A stretch of DNA of 63,912 nucleotides, the filler included, from Lama guanicoe (lineage: Eukaryota): NCBI GenBank assembly GCA_013239625.1. It is 213 parts of 213 records of this genome, joined end to end, with 100 filler letters (N's around TTAATTAATTAA, not from the genome) between each part and the next. Parts side by side here need not be neighbours in the genome. Positions count along the whole stretch, not along the records: positions 1 to 200 come from PNXV01030369.1; positions 301 to 500 come from PNXV01030370.1; positions 601 to 800 come from PNXV01030371.1; positions 901 to 1,100 come from PNXV01030372.1; positions 1,201 to 1,400 come from PNXV01030373.1; positions 1,501 to 1,700 come from PNXV01030374.1; positions 1,801 to 2,000 come from PNXV01030375.1; positions 2,101 to 2,300 come from PNXV01030376.1; 205 more parts are not named here. One strand, given 5' to 3'. The stretch's first letter is position 1. Every line of letters begins with the position of its first letter. Positions 1-12,138 of this stretch are shown here, one piece after another. The notes below the pieces were generated by a model. It did not search any database. It worked only from the letters and a program-made list of their open reading frames with translations, and had not been told where the DNA came from. The position numbers and the translations under genes are program-made.

Positions 1-200
1 CTTTCCTATTGTTAAAAGATACGTAGTAATACACTGTGGAGGAACTCTTCGCTGTGGTTAGAAAGAATCTGTTAGAATGAGTTTCTTGGTCTGCCAGAGA
101 AAGCCAAGACCGGTACCCAAAGGCTTTTTGACAAATAAGCAAATCGTGTCGTGCTGCCTCTAAAACTAGACGTCTCTGCCATCTCCTCCCCAGAGTGGGT

Positions 201-300
201 NNNNNNNNNNNNNNNNNNNNNNNNNNNNNNNNNNNNNNNNNNNNTTAATTAATTAANNNNNNNNNNNNNNNNNNNNNNNNNNNNNNNNNNNNNNNNNNNN
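201..300. other. Artificial contig linker N44-TTAATTAATTAA-N44 (first of 212 copies, repeated every 300-301 bp to 63711)
   Basis: Identical 100-bp block between every fragment. TTAATTAATTAA (245-256) is palindromic and gives TAA in all six frames. Confidence 0.99.
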
Positions 301-500
301 TCTAGAGGAAAACATAGGCAGAACACTCTGACAAGAATCCCAGCAATATTTTTTTGGATGTCTCTCCTAGAGAAATAGAAATAAAAATGCAAATAAATGA
401 ACGGGACCTAATCAAACTTAAAAAGTTTTGCACAGCAAAAGAAACGATGAGCAAACTGAAAAGCAGTCTACGAACTGGAAGAATATATTTGTAAATGATG
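301..500 (+). mobile_element. LINE-1 ORF2 C-terminal fragment
   Basis: Reads LEENIGRTL...DLIKLKKFCTAKET, similar to the L1 ORF2 WDLIKLKSFCTAKET motif; degenerate. Confidence 0.9.
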
Positions 501-900
501 NNNNNNNNNNNNNNNNNNNNNNNNNNNNNNNNNNNNNNNNNNNNTTAATTAATTAANNNNNNNNNNNNNNNNNNNNNNNNNNNNNNNNNNNNNNNNNNNN
601 GCACCATCACTGTTTTCTTACCTATAGGTCATGTTGCTACTCTTTTTTTCCCCCCTTTTCTTGAATGTTTGGTATTTCTGCCAAGACCAAATACATAAAG
701 AAAAAAAATCCACTCATTTTTATAAAATAAATAAGCCTCACATGTAATCCAAGCTCTCTTAGTAATCACATGTTCCTTTGGCCCAATTAATTAACCACAG
801 NNNNNNNNNNNNNNNNNNNNNNNNNNNNNNNNNNNNNNNNNNNNTTAATTAATTAANNNNNNNNNNNNNNNNNNNNNNNNNNNNNNNNNNNNNNNNNNNN

Positions 901-1100
901 CATCTCAAGAATTCTAAGTTTATCCCCAGGACAAGGGAGAGCCACTATATGGTATTAAGTTAAGACCGTCCAAATTAAATGTGCCTTTACATAAAAGAAC
1001 TCAACCACTTGCGACTGGGCAGGTGGTGAGCAGCAAGTAACGAGAACAGTCTGAGGACCTTTAGAAATAGCCTAGGATGGTGGGGATAGGGGAGGTGGAG
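901..1100 (-). mobile_element. LINE-2 fragment (old)
   Basis: Weak resemblance to the reverse-complement L2 consensus (gggagagccact...cctaggatggtgggg). Confidence 0.45.
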
Positions 1101-1800
1101 NNNNNNNNNNNNNNNNNNNNNNNNNNNNNNNNNNNNNNNNNNNNTTAATTAATTAANNNNNNNNNNNNNNNNNNNNNNNNNNNNNNNNNNNNNNNNNNNN
1201 TCTTTAAAAAAAATGAATCCCATTGTCTGTCAAATTGGTGGCATCGCCATACCGAGAGGAACTGCTATAGTGACGTCTCACACCCGTCCCCGATGCAGGG
1301 ACGGGAACCACACCTCCCCACCGGAAACAGCTGAAACTCTGGACGCAGCGTAAGGAGCACTGACTCTCAAGACACCGGACACCAGGTAGCGAAGGACAGT
1401 NNNNNNNNNNNNNNNNNNNNNNNNNNNNNNNNNNNNNNNNNNNNTTAATTAATTAANNNNNNNNNNNNNNNNNNNNNNNNNNNNNNNNNNNNNNNNNNNN
1501 AGGGTCAAATTCCACCCCACTGCCTCTGTGAGGCCAACAGCTTCCATCCTTATCTGAAAAGAAGGAGCATCGAGATAGGGAATGTAGGTCCCTCTGGATT
1601 CGGACATCTACCACACCCGGGAAGGAAAACCGCTAACTCTGTCCTGGTCCTTTTTAACCCCCAAAGCTGCAGGGTTCTATCCCGGGGACGTCTCTGGCTT
1701 NNNNNNNNNNNNNNNNNNNNNNNNNNNNNNNNNNNNNNNNNNNNTTAATTAATTAANNNNNNNNNNNNNNNNNNNNNNNNNNNNNNNNNNNNNNNNNNNN

Positions 1801-2000
1801 GTACCCAGATATTTGATCAAACTCTATTCTAGATGCCTTTGTGGAGTTTTTTTTTTTTTAAGATGAACTTCACATTTAAATCAGTAGACTGAGTAGAACA
1901 GTTTATTCTCTGTAGTGTGAGTGGGCCTTATCCCATCAGTTGACTGTCTTGATAGAAAAAGACTGACCTCCTCCTCAGAAGAGGAGATTCTGCAGGGAGA
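1801..2000 (+). mobile_element. MLT2 (ERVL) LTR fragment
   Basis: acatttaaatcagtagactgagta...gtgggccttatcccatcagttga matches the recalled MLT2 consensus. Confidence 0.8.
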
Positions 2001-2100
2001 NNNNNNNNNNNNNNNNNNNNNNNNNNNNNNNNNNNNNNNNNNNNTTAATTAATTAANNNNNNNNNNNNNNNNNNNNNNNNNNNNNNNNNNNNNNNNNNNN

Positions 2101-2280
2101 TTTTTGAAGTTTATCCATGTTGTTGGAAGTATCAATACTGAGACTCTTTCTCTTGTGGGTAATATTCTAGTATATAAATGTGCCATAAATTGCTTTTCCA
2201 TTCTACGATCGATGGTCACTTCAGTTACCTATAATATTTGATCAAATGAATAAAGATGCTATGAACATTCTTTTTTTTAA
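2101..2280 (-). mobile_element. L1M 3' region fragment
   Basis: ttatccatgttgtt...gatggtcactt...aataaagatgctatgaacatt is typical antisense L1 3' sequence. Confidence 0.75.
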
Positions 2281-2402
2281 AACATTTTTTATTGAACATT
2301 NNNNNNNNNNNNNNNNNNNNNNNNNNNNNNNNNNNNNNNNNNNNTTAATTAATTAANNNNNNNNNNNNNNNNNNNNNNNNNNNNNNNNNNNNNNNNNNNN
2401 CC

Positions 2403-2600
2403 CAGACGTCCCGGGACCAGACAGTGGCGAGTGGCAGTGAGGTGACATTACCCTGCACTTTCGAAACCGAATACTCAGATCCAGGTTTATACTGGTACCG
2501 AATGAGGCCCGGTTTTTCTCTTGAGTTTGTCCTGTACAGGGATAACACCTGATCCCTTAATGCGGATTTTGCTCAGGGTAGGTTTTCTGTGCAGCACAAT
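2403..2600 (+). pseudogene. TRDV3: T-cell receptor delta V exon fragment, human TRDV3 orthologue, with in-frame stop TGA at 2550-2552
   Basis: Frame from 2403: [65 protein letters not shown]. Recalled human TRDV3: [65 protein letters not shown]. First Cys and conserved Trp are present. Not in the ORF track. Confidence 0.92.
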
Positions 2601-3302
2601 NNNNNNNNNNNNNNNNNNNNNNNNNNNNNNNNNNNNNNNNNNNNTTAATTAATTAANNNNNNNNNNNNNNNNNNNNNNNNNNNNNNNNNNNNNNNNNNNN
2701 CTGATTCACTGTTTATAACCTTTTCTTGTTTTTCTATTGGTTTTCATCTTTATTATTTTTTTTAATTAATGAAATAAATTAGACTTTTCTCATCAAGTGC
2801 ACGGCAATTATATTTTTCTCAGGTTATCATCTGCCTTTTAAATATCATATAATGCTTTTCTAAAGTTTTGGTAGAGAATTGTTCAGTCTTCTTCCTCATG
2901 NNNNNNNNNNNNNNNNNNNNNNNNNNNNNNNNNNNNNNNNNNNNTTAATTAATTAANNNNNNNNNNNNNNNNNNNNNNNNNNNNNNNNNNNNNNNNNNNN
3001 AAACCTGGTTCATCGTCCTCTCACAGATTCTTTGATCTCTACAGCATCTTTTGTGATAAATACCCTTCCTGCCACTGTGTCAGGGTTGATTCTTGTAGCT
3101 TATAACTAAGAATGTGGTCTGTGTCCGTCAGGTTAGAGCCAGGAAAACAGTCCTCTAAGTCTTTCAAGTAGATGGGATTTCAATACAGATGTCGGTTGAA
3201 NNNNNNNNNNNNNNNNNNNNNNNNNNNNNNNNNNNNNNNNNNNNTTAATTAATTAANNNNNNNNNNNNNNNNNNNNNNNNNNNNNNNNNNNNNNNNNNNN
3301 CT

Positions 3303-3500
<198 letters not shown>

Positions 3501-3900
3501 NNNNNNNNNNNNNNNNNNNNNNNNNNNNNNNNNNNNNNNNNNNNTTAATTAATTAANNNNNNNNNNNNNNNNNNNNNNNNNNNNNNNNNNNNNNNNNNNN
3601 CATTTGGGTGCATTAGCTGTCCTCCTACTGTTAGGATTTATGTAACATCGTGAGCATTCAGAGCCTACTGGTAGGCTCTGTTCTCTGATCATACTTGGGG
3701 TATCCTCAGTGCCTATTTAGGATTTATCCAATGGCCAAAGCGCAGGGTGGATGAGCCTTCCTGCATCTGGGATTTGGCCAGCCTGCTCTCTTCAAGCCTG
3801 NNNNNNNNNNNNNNNNNNNNNNNNNNNNNNNNNNNNNNNNNNNNTTAATTAATTAANNNNNNNNNNNNNNNNNNNNNNNNNNNNNNNNNNNNNNNNNNNN

Positions 3901-4100
3901 CCATTGAGTGGGCATCATCCAATAGGCTGAGGGTCTGAATAGAACAAAAGGCAGAGGAAGAACAGATTTGCTGTTTGCTCGAGCTGGGACATCTATCTTC
4001 TCCTGTCCTGGGACACTGGTGCTGCTGGTTCTTAGGTCTTTTGAGTTTGACGGACTTTTCTGGGCCTCCAGTTTACAGGTGGCAGACCAAGGGACTTCTC
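3901..4100 (+). mobile_element. MLT2 (ERVL) LTR fragment
   Basis: gtgggcatcatccaat...ctgaatagaacaaaaggcagaggaag...gagctgggacatc matches the MLT2 consensus. Confidence 0.8.
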
Positions 4101-4500
4101 NNNNNNNNNNNNNNNNNNNNNNNNNNNNNNNNNNNNNNNNNNNNTTAATTAATTAANNNNNNNNNNNNNNNNNNNNNNNNNNNNNNNNNNNNNNNNNNNN
4201 GCAGGCCGCAAATGAACTTCTACCTGAATCTCACACCAAAAAAAAAAAAAAAAGGAAAAGAAAGAAAAATGCCCTGAAAGCACACCATGGCTGTGGCCGT
4301 GAAGTACAGCCTATAAGCTCCTAGGAGAAAGTCTCCAGGACTTAAGGGGTCGTGAAGGATTCTGAGACATGGCACCAAAAGCATGATTCATAAATGAAGA
4401 NNNNNNNNNNNNNNNNNNNNNNNNNNNNNNNNNNNNNNNNNNNNTTAATTAATTAANNNNNNNNNNNNNNNNNNNNNNNNNNNNNNNNNNNNNNNNNNNN

Positions 4501-4700
4501 CCGCTTTGGTAACCGCAAGTTTATATTCTGTGTCTGTGAGCCGGTGCTCCGTATGCATGTTCATTGGTATTACTTTTTAGATTCCACATGTGACATCATA
4601 CGGTATCTGTCTTTCTCTGCCTGACTTACTTCACCCAGCATAACGTTCTCCAGGTCCGTCCACGTTGCTGCCAGTCGCAGTGTCTCATTCCTTTCATGGC
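4501..4700 (-). mobile_element. L1 3' end fragment
   Basis: ggtaacc...tagattccacat...tctttctctgcctgacttacttcac is the antisense L1 3' end of laurasiatherian type. Confidence 0.85.
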
Positions 4701-5700
4701 NNNNNNNNNNNNNNNNNNNNNNNNNNNNNNNNNNNNNNNNNNNNTTAATTAATTAANNNNNNNNNNNNNNNNNNNNNNNNNNNNNNNNNNNNNNNNNNNN
4801 TGTATCCTGTTAGAGCGCCCTGCACTGTTCCATCGTGGAACTGCACACTGTTATAGTTATATAGTTACTTATGGGATGATTTATTTAATGTTTGCTTCCC
4901 CCCACCCCCCCAATGACTGCTCTGTTCTAAACCGATCCTGTTGCATCATACGATGGTTGACACCTAGTGTGTATTATCAATAAGTTTTTAGGACATAAAT
5001 NNNNNNNNNNNNNNNNNNNNNNNNNNNNNNNNNNNNNNNNNNNNTTAATTAATTAANNNNNNNNNNNNNNNNNNNNNNNNNNNNNNNNNNNNNNNNNNNN
5101 TGAGATTTGACCATTAATTGGTTATAAATTTAAAGACTCAGAAACAGGGGAACAAGAAAATATTCCAGGCACCCACCTCTCAGAATATATAACTAATAAA
5201 TATATAATTTTAGTTTTAGTGAAAAGATGGCTTGAGGTAGTCTAGAAATTCCATTCTCCCTATTTGAGTCAAACAGTCTGCAAATAAAGTCACAGTGCTA
5301 NNNNNNNNNNNNNNNNNNNNNNNNNNNNNNNNNNNNNNNNNNNNTTAATTAATTAANNNNNNNNNNNNNNNNNNNNNNNNNNNNNNNNNNNNNNNNNNNN
5401 ACATAGTAAAAATATCGGTTAATTGTAGAATTGGTAAATTAAGAATGCATATTGTAATTTAGGTGAAAACAACCGACAGACACAAAGAGGGGCAGTGAAG
5501 AAAATTCAGGGAGGAAAATGTAGAGATAGATATAAACAAACCCAAGGAAGCAAGAAAGGAAAGGAAAGAAAAAGAAAGACAAAAGAGGATGATGATAGAA
5601 NNNNNNNNNNNNNNNNNNNNNNNNNNNNNNNNNNNNNNNNNNNNTTAATTAATTAANNNNNNNNNNNNNNNNNNNNNNNNNNNNNNNNNNNNNNNNNNNN

Positions 5701-5900
5701 GCCGACGGGTCCGCTGACGCCGCCGGGCAGGTAAGGGGGCGCTGGTGGGGGCGCGCAGGTCGTTCAGCCGGCGAGTGATGTCTGGGCTGCGCAGCTGGGG
5801 AGGCGCACAGGTAGGGGTGCATGGTTGAGGCCCGGGCGGTGGGCCCTTTAGGACCCTGAGGCGGGTACGGGCCGCCGCAGTTGTTCCTGGTGCCCCCCCC
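5701..5900 (+). promoter_or_regulatory. CpG-island fragment with candidate first-exon splice donor (CAG|GTAAGG at 5730/5731)
   Basis: Very GC- and CpG-rich, with a near-consensus 5' splice site. Gene not identifiable. Confidence 0.5.
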
Positions 5901-6960
5901 NNNNNNNNNNNNNNNNNNNNNNNNNNNNNNNNNNNNNNNNNNNNTTAATTAATTAANNNNNNNNNNNNNNNNNNNNNNNNNNNNNNNNNNNNNNNNNNNN
6001 CCTCGTTGATACTGTCAGTAACATGTGGAATGTGAACATGCACTTGAGGTATGTACTAAATTCTCTACTCCAAGTACGGGTCCAATATTTCTTCCGTCCA
6101 AAACAGAAGAGAATTTAGAAATGATAGAAGCTCTCATGTTCTTGGAAGATTTCTTGAAATTCCAAACGTCCCACGGGGCATTTACAAACCACTCAGACGA
6201 NNNNNNNNNNNNNNNNNNNNNNNNNNNNNNNNNNNNNNNNNNNNTTAATTAATTAANNNNNNNNNNNNNNNNNNNNNNNNNNNNNNNNNNNNNNNNNNNN
6301 TGGGTCACCGGCAGAAGTCCAAGCTTTGGGTAGGATAGTGCCACCCCTAGCACCCTTGTGGAACCCACAATTCCCAGTAGACGGTGGCTGGCTCCATGCC
6401 GCCAGTGCTCCCAGACTGGAAATGATGATTGGGAAGAATATTGAAAACGAGTTAGCAAATGAGCTTGTCTGGGAAGAGTGTACAAAGTTAGAAGAGAAAG
6501 NNNNNNNNNNNNNNNNNNNNNNNNNNNNNNNNNNNNNNNNNNNNTTAATTAATTAANNNNNNNNNNNNNNNNNNNNNNNNNNNNNNNNNNNNNNNNNNNN
6601 CAGTCGGATCACGGCCGAGGCGGCTGTTGACTGGTACCCGCGGCGCCGGCGCGAAGCTGAGCTCTTCTGCGGAGGCTTAGCGGCCAGGCCCCGCTAACGC
6701 AAGGATGGAATGTGCTGCACAGCCTTCATGCGGTGAGGAAGAAAAAGAAACCTTTGGTTTGGAGATTCTTACTTTCTTGATGGATTTGGAGTATTTTTAT
6801 NNNNNNNNNNNNNNNNNNNNNNNNNNNNNNNNNNNNNNNNNNNNTTAATTAATTAANNNNNNNNNNNNNNNNNNNNNNNNNNNNNNNNNNNNNNNNNNNN
6901 TTAATATTCTGTATTTTTCTATTGCTGATACAAAATCTATTTTACTTTTGTCTTTAACAG

Positions 6961-7012
6961 AAATTTTAAAGGTTAAGTTTCCACCGAGGTTTGAAGATCT
7001 CTCTATAAGCAG
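6961..7012 (+). other. Candidate 52-nt internal exon, unidentified gene
   Basis: Polypyrimidine tract ttttacttttgtctttaacag before 6961; CAG|gtagga donor after 7012; open frame ILKVKFPPRFEDLSIS. Confidence 0.35.
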
Positions 7013-7500
7013 GTAGGATTTTGTGGATTTTTAAAAATTATATCTTGACTAAGGGAACACAGAGAAAAGAAACAAGGTTTGTTGAGTGTCCTACTCTGGG
7101 NNNNNNNNNNNNNNNNNNNNNNNNNNNNNNNNNNNNNNNNNNNNTTAATTAATTAANNNNNNNNNNNNNNNNNNNNNNNNNNNNNNNNNNNNNNNNNNNN
7201 ACCTTTGATTCCTGGAGCATTATCTAGTAGAGAAAGAGATTTTATGTTCCTTAAAACTTGGGAAATGACCCACCACGGGAAGAACAAATTATTCCGAGGG
7301 AGGAGGAAGAAAAAAAAAAGGTTGTGCACACACGGTGCCCCTAGCGATACAACATTCCTGTGTTTGATTCTTTATTCTTTCTCTTATTCACAGATGGGTT
7401 NNNNNNNNNNNNNNNNNNNNNNNNNNNNNNNNNNNNNNNNNNNNTTAATTAATTAANNNNNNNNNNNNNNNNNNNNNNNNNNNNNNNNNNNNNNNNNNNN

Positions 7501-7700
7501 AAAGACTATCTGAATAGACTGATCACTAGTACTGAAGTTGAATTAGTAACCAAAAGAATGCCAATAAATAAAAGTCCACTAACAGACAACTTCCAGAGGA
7601 ATTCTATCAAACAAGAGCTCATACCTATCCTTCTCAAACTAGTTCAAAAAAATTGAAGAGGAGGGAACATCCCCAAATTCATTTTATTAAACCACCATTA
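7501..7700 (+). mobile_element. LINE-1 ORF2 fragment (just upstream of the RT core)
   Basis: Degenerate match to LNRPIT..EIE...KSPGPDGF.EFYQ..ELIPILLKLFQKIEEEG.PNSFY, with frameshifts. Confidence 0.9.
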
Positions 7701-9900
7701 NNNNNNNNNNNNNNNNNNNNNNNNNNNNNNNNNNNNNNNNNNNNTTAATTAATTAANNNNNNNNNNNNNNNNNNNNNNNNNNNNNNNNNNNNNNNNNNNN
7801 GCTCCAGTAGATATAAAAAAAAGTATGCTAGTCCCTTTCCCTGGCCCAGGAAGTATCTAGAAAGAGAGAGGAACAGAGCAGCCTTCAGAATGGACAAACG
7901 CTGGACAAATCAGCTGCTTCACTTAAAAAAAAAAAGCACAGCAAAAATGCTTAAAGGAGAAGAGGAGAGAGAGAAGGAAAGAGCAGAGCTGAGCGTTTTT
8001 NNNNNNNNNNNNNNNNNNNNNNNNNNNNNNNNNNNNNNNNNNNNTTAATTAATTAANNNNNNNNNNNNNNNNNNNNNNNNNNNNNNNNNNNNNNNNNNNN
8101 TCCTGAGGCCTGTCATTTCCCTGTGGTAACCAGCATGCAGTGTAGAACCGTTGAATTATGTTGCTAAAAGAGTTTATATTTTCTTTTACATTAAGCCTAG
8201 TAGTAAAGAGCAGGCACCTTCAGAGACTATCAATAATAATGATGGTTTCTTTCTACGTTATCAGAATTTTGGAGATCGCTAACTAAGAAATGACATTCCT
8301 NNNNNNNNNNNNNNNNNNNNNNNNNNNNNNNNNNNNNNNNNNNNTTAATTAATTAANNNNNNNNNNNNNNNNNNNNNNNNNNNNNNNNNNNNNNNNNNNN
8401 ACAGAAGAGAAGTGTGGTCCTTCCTTCATAATAACAGTAAAAATGGAAAGAAAAAAACTGGTATAAATGTATAAGAAAAGAGGCATAGATTTGTGTCCTT
8501 TAATAAGACCAATAAAAAATGCAAAAAAAATTAGCCACTATGACATAGGTCTAGAAGGAAAGAGACATTGATTTTTATAGTTGATTCCCATTTTTTCACA
8601 NNNNNNNNNNNNNNNNNNNNNNNNNNNNNNNNNNNNNNNNNNNNTTAATTAATTAANNNNNNNNNNNNNNNNNNNNNNNNNNNNNNNNNNNNNNNNNNNN
8701 CCAAGCTGATCAACTCGTAACACTTTCTCTGATGAGAAGTGAATTGCACATTCAGATGAACTGCCATCACAACTGTGGACTTCCTAAATCACAGGACAGA
8801 TTGAAGAGCATGATAAATACTTGTAGTCTAATGGTGTCACATTAAAGACGCGCTGTTGCATTTTACCGTCAGCTTTCACATTTGTCTTCTTGGAGCCGTG
8901 NNNNNNNNNNNNNNNNNNNNNNNNNNNNNNNNNNNNNNNNNNNNTTAATTAATTAANNNNNNNNNNNNNNNNNNNNNNNNNNNNNNNNNNNNNNNNNNNN
9001 AAGCGTAAAAACTGTGGTTTACTTTTATCAAAATGGACTCATCTTAGCATGCAGGCAGTGATGGCATGCTTGGGAGCTGAGGCTGGTCTGGGGAGCTTTG
9101 GGAAGAGCAGTCGTTCCCAGGTCCTCTGAAGCCCCCTCAGGGCCCTGCGATGTGAAGCCGACAGAGTGTGTCCAGACCCCAACGTGTCTTCTTCGCCCAG
9201 NNNNNNNNNNNNNNNNNNNNNNNNNNNNNNNNNNNNNNNNNNNNTTAATTAATTAANNNNNNNNNNNNNNNNNNNNNNNNNNNNNNNNNNNNNNNNNNNN
9301 AAGGGCAGGGGCTGGACTCAGTCTGAGCCTGAACCTTGACTCTGTGAGACCTGGGAGCTCCCTAAACCCAAGCCTCATTTGCCTTGACTGCTAAGAGGGT
9401 AGTAATCCTTCCTGACCAGTAAGCTGGAAAGCCAGGTAGAGGGCTGGCAGCGGTGCTAACAGGCTCAACCTGCGATCTGCATCGTTCACTGAGCAAGTGA
9501 NNNNNNNNNNNNNNNNNNNNNNNNNNNNNNNNNNNNNNNNNNNNTTAATTAATTAANNNNNNNNNNNNNNNNNNNNNNNNNNNNNNNNNNNNNNNNNNNN
9601 GTGTCCAAGGCCACACGGGCAATGAGAATTCCACATGGCACATCAGTGCAGTCTGCCTCCAGGCCCTGGACCCCAACCACTGCACATACTGCCTGTAAAA
9701 TTAATGGGCTGATTGACTGGCTCGTTGATTCATGGATTCAATAAACGTGCATAGAGCTGTCATGTGCCAGGCTTCATCACGGGCTCTGGGATTCAACAGA
9801 NNNNNNNNNNNNNNNNNNNNNNNNNNNNNNNNNNNNNNNNNNNNTTAATTAATTAANNNNNNNNNNNNNNNNNNNNNNNNNNNNNNNNNNNNNNNNNNNN

Positions 9901-10100
9901 AAGTAAAGCAGAAGGAGAAAGAAAAATACCATATGATATCATTCACATGTGGAAACTAAAAAAAAAAAAAGTCACTATGAACTCATCTACAAAACAGAAA
10001 TAGATTTGCAGACATAGTAAAAAATCTTATGGTTACCAGGGAAAGGATGTCGGAAAGGATAAATTTAGGAGTTTGAGATTTTCAAATGTTAGCCACTAAA
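9901..10100 (+). mobile_element. L1 3' UTR fragment
   Basis: aaaaataccatatgatatcattcacatgtggaa...tgaactcatctacaaaacagaaa...atggttacc. Confidence 0.85.
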
Positions 10101-10254
10101 NNNNNNNNNNNNNNNNNNNNNNNNNNNNNNNNNNNNNNNNNNNNTTAATTAATTAANNNNNNNNNNNNNNNNNNNNNNNNNNNNNNNNNNNNNNNNNNNN
10201 TGACATCTTAGCAAGTATGCACATTTGACATTTATCACTTTGTCTTGATTTTTT

Positions 10255-10380
10255 TTGAATTTTATTTTTGGTGGGGGGGTAGGTAATTAGGTATTTATTT
10301 ATTCCTGACAATACTGGGGATTGAACCCACAACCTCATGAATACTAAGCACGCACTCTACCACTGAGCTATACCCTCCCC
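10255..10380 (-). mobile_element. Full-length camelid tRNA-derived SINE (Vic-1 type) with target-site duplication
   Basis: Reverse strand GGGGAGGGTATAGCTCAGTGGTAGAG (A box)...GGGTTCAATCCCCAG (B box)...AATAAATACCTAATTACC plus A-rich tail. TSD at 10240-10254 and 10381-10395. Confidence 0.92.
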
Positions 10381-10800
10381 TCATCTTGATTTTTTAATAT
10401 NNNNNNNNNNNNNNNNNNNNNNNNNNNNNNNNNNNNNNNNNNNNTTAATTAATTAANNNNNNNNNNNNNNNNNNNNNNNNNNNNNNNNNNNNNNNNNNNN
10501 TTTTGCTTGGGCTTTTGATTATTTATGCATTTATTTGATTGTGATTACACACAAAAGTTTCAAACACACAAAAGTAGAAAGAAGAGTAAATGGACCCCTG
10601 TGTTCCCAACACCCAGCTTCAACAACTATCCACAATTGGTACATTTAAGTATCCTTTAGATTTTAAGCTCTACTCAATCCTCTTATATTTACTGCTCAGC
10701 NNNNNNNNNNNNNNNNNNNNNNNNNNNNNNNNNNNNNNNNNNNNTTAATTAATTAANNNNNNNNNNNNNNNNNNNNNNNNNNNNNNNNNNNNNNNNNNNN

Positions 10801-10960
10801 GCGGGGCGGGTGCGCCGCGCGCTCCCCACCCGCCGAGGTTAGTGGGCGGACGGCCCTGCCCGGCTCCCGGCTCACCCGGCATCGCTCTTCGCTGTCCCCA
10901 AGCTGCGCGGCTGGTGCATCGCCAACTCCACGGCACGCCGGGCCCCCTCTCGTTTTCTCC
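10801..10960. promoter_or_regulatory. CpG-island fragment with GC boxes
   Basis: High CpG density; GGGGCGGG and TGGGCGGA Sp1-type boxes. Confidence 0.55.
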
Positions 10961-11700
10961 TCTCTTTATCCAGAACCCTCTTGGGTTTTCCACCTCGTAT
11001 NNNNNNNNNNNNNNNNNNNNNNNNNNNNNNNNNNNNNNNNNNNNTTAATTAATTAANNNNNNNNNNNNNNNNNNNNNNNNNNNNNNNNNNNNNNNNNNNN
11101 CTATTGTGAATAGCGCTGCTGTGAACGTTGGTGGGCAAGTCGTTGTAATCCCTCTTTACAGTTGCCCTCACCTTGCAGTCTGACGTGCTCTTCTGGTGGA
11201 GATGAAAAAGGCCAGGTGGCAAAGGGGAGGTCCTAGCCCTCCACCTCCACCCAGCACCTTCCCCCAGGCTCTGGCTGGAAGGACCACAGCTCAGAGTCCA
11301 NNNNNNNNNNNNNNNNNNNNNNNNNNNNNNNNNNNNNNNNNNNNTTAATTAATTAANNNNNNNNNNNNNNNNNNNNNNNNNNNNNNNNNNNNNNNNNNNN
11401 GTCCGTGTTTCTGTCTAAAGGAAAGAGTCGTCGTGACCACGTCACTTCAGCACGAGCACACACCTTAGCATTCACGCTGGGAGGCTCGGTTTTGTCCTGT
11501 GCTTGGGCCTCAGTGTTTTCAATTTGCGAGTGGTTTAAAGGATAACCTCTATGGCTCCTTATTATAAGGGCGAAACATCGAGTGTTTCAGACACACAAGA
11601 NNNNNNNNNNNNNNNNNNNNNNNNNNNNNNNNNNNNNNNNNNNNTTAATTAATTAANNNNNNNNNNNNNNNNNNNNNNNNNNNNNNNNNNNNNNNNNNNN

Positions 11701-11900
11701 TATTCTTTTTCATTATAGGCTATTACAAGATATTGAATATAGTTCCCTGCGCTATATAGGAGGACTCTGTTGTTTATCTATTTTATATTTGCAAATCCCA
11801 AACTTCCAAGTTATCCCTCCATCCCCCACTTTCCCTCAGTAACCATAAGTTTGTTTTCTATGTCTGTCAGTCTGTCTCTGTTTTGTAAATAAGTTCATTT
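11701..11900 (-). mobile_element. L1 3' UTR fragment
   Basis: ttacaagatattgaatatagttccctg...gtaaccataagtttgttttctatgtctg...aagttcattt. Confidence 0.88.
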
Positions 11901-12050
11901 NNNNNNNNNNNNNNNNNNNNNNNNNNNNNNNNNNNNNNNNNNNNTTAATTAATTAANNNNNNNNNNNNNNNNNNNNNNNNNNNNNNNNNNNNNNNNNNNN
12001 TATATGGTAAGGGTAAATTTATTTATTTAATCATTTGGATTTAAAAAAAA

Positions 12051-12138
12051 ATATATATATATATATTTATATACGTATATATATGTGTATATATAGGTAT
12101 ATATATATGTATATATGAAATATATATATACACACACA
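12051..12138. repeat. Imperfect (TA)n/(CA)n microsatellite
   Basis: Direct reading of the sequence. Confidence 0.9.

Noticed and set aside
6421..6480. C/D box snoRNA (ATGATGA C box)
   Set aside because: No CTGA D box or terminal stem within the fragment.
10300..10380. tRNA genes here and at 36450, 42110 and 60406
   Set aside because: A/B boxes are followed by a SINE-specific AATAAA..CCTAATTACC tail, poly(A) or TSDs, and stems are degenerate. These are tRNA-derived SINEs.
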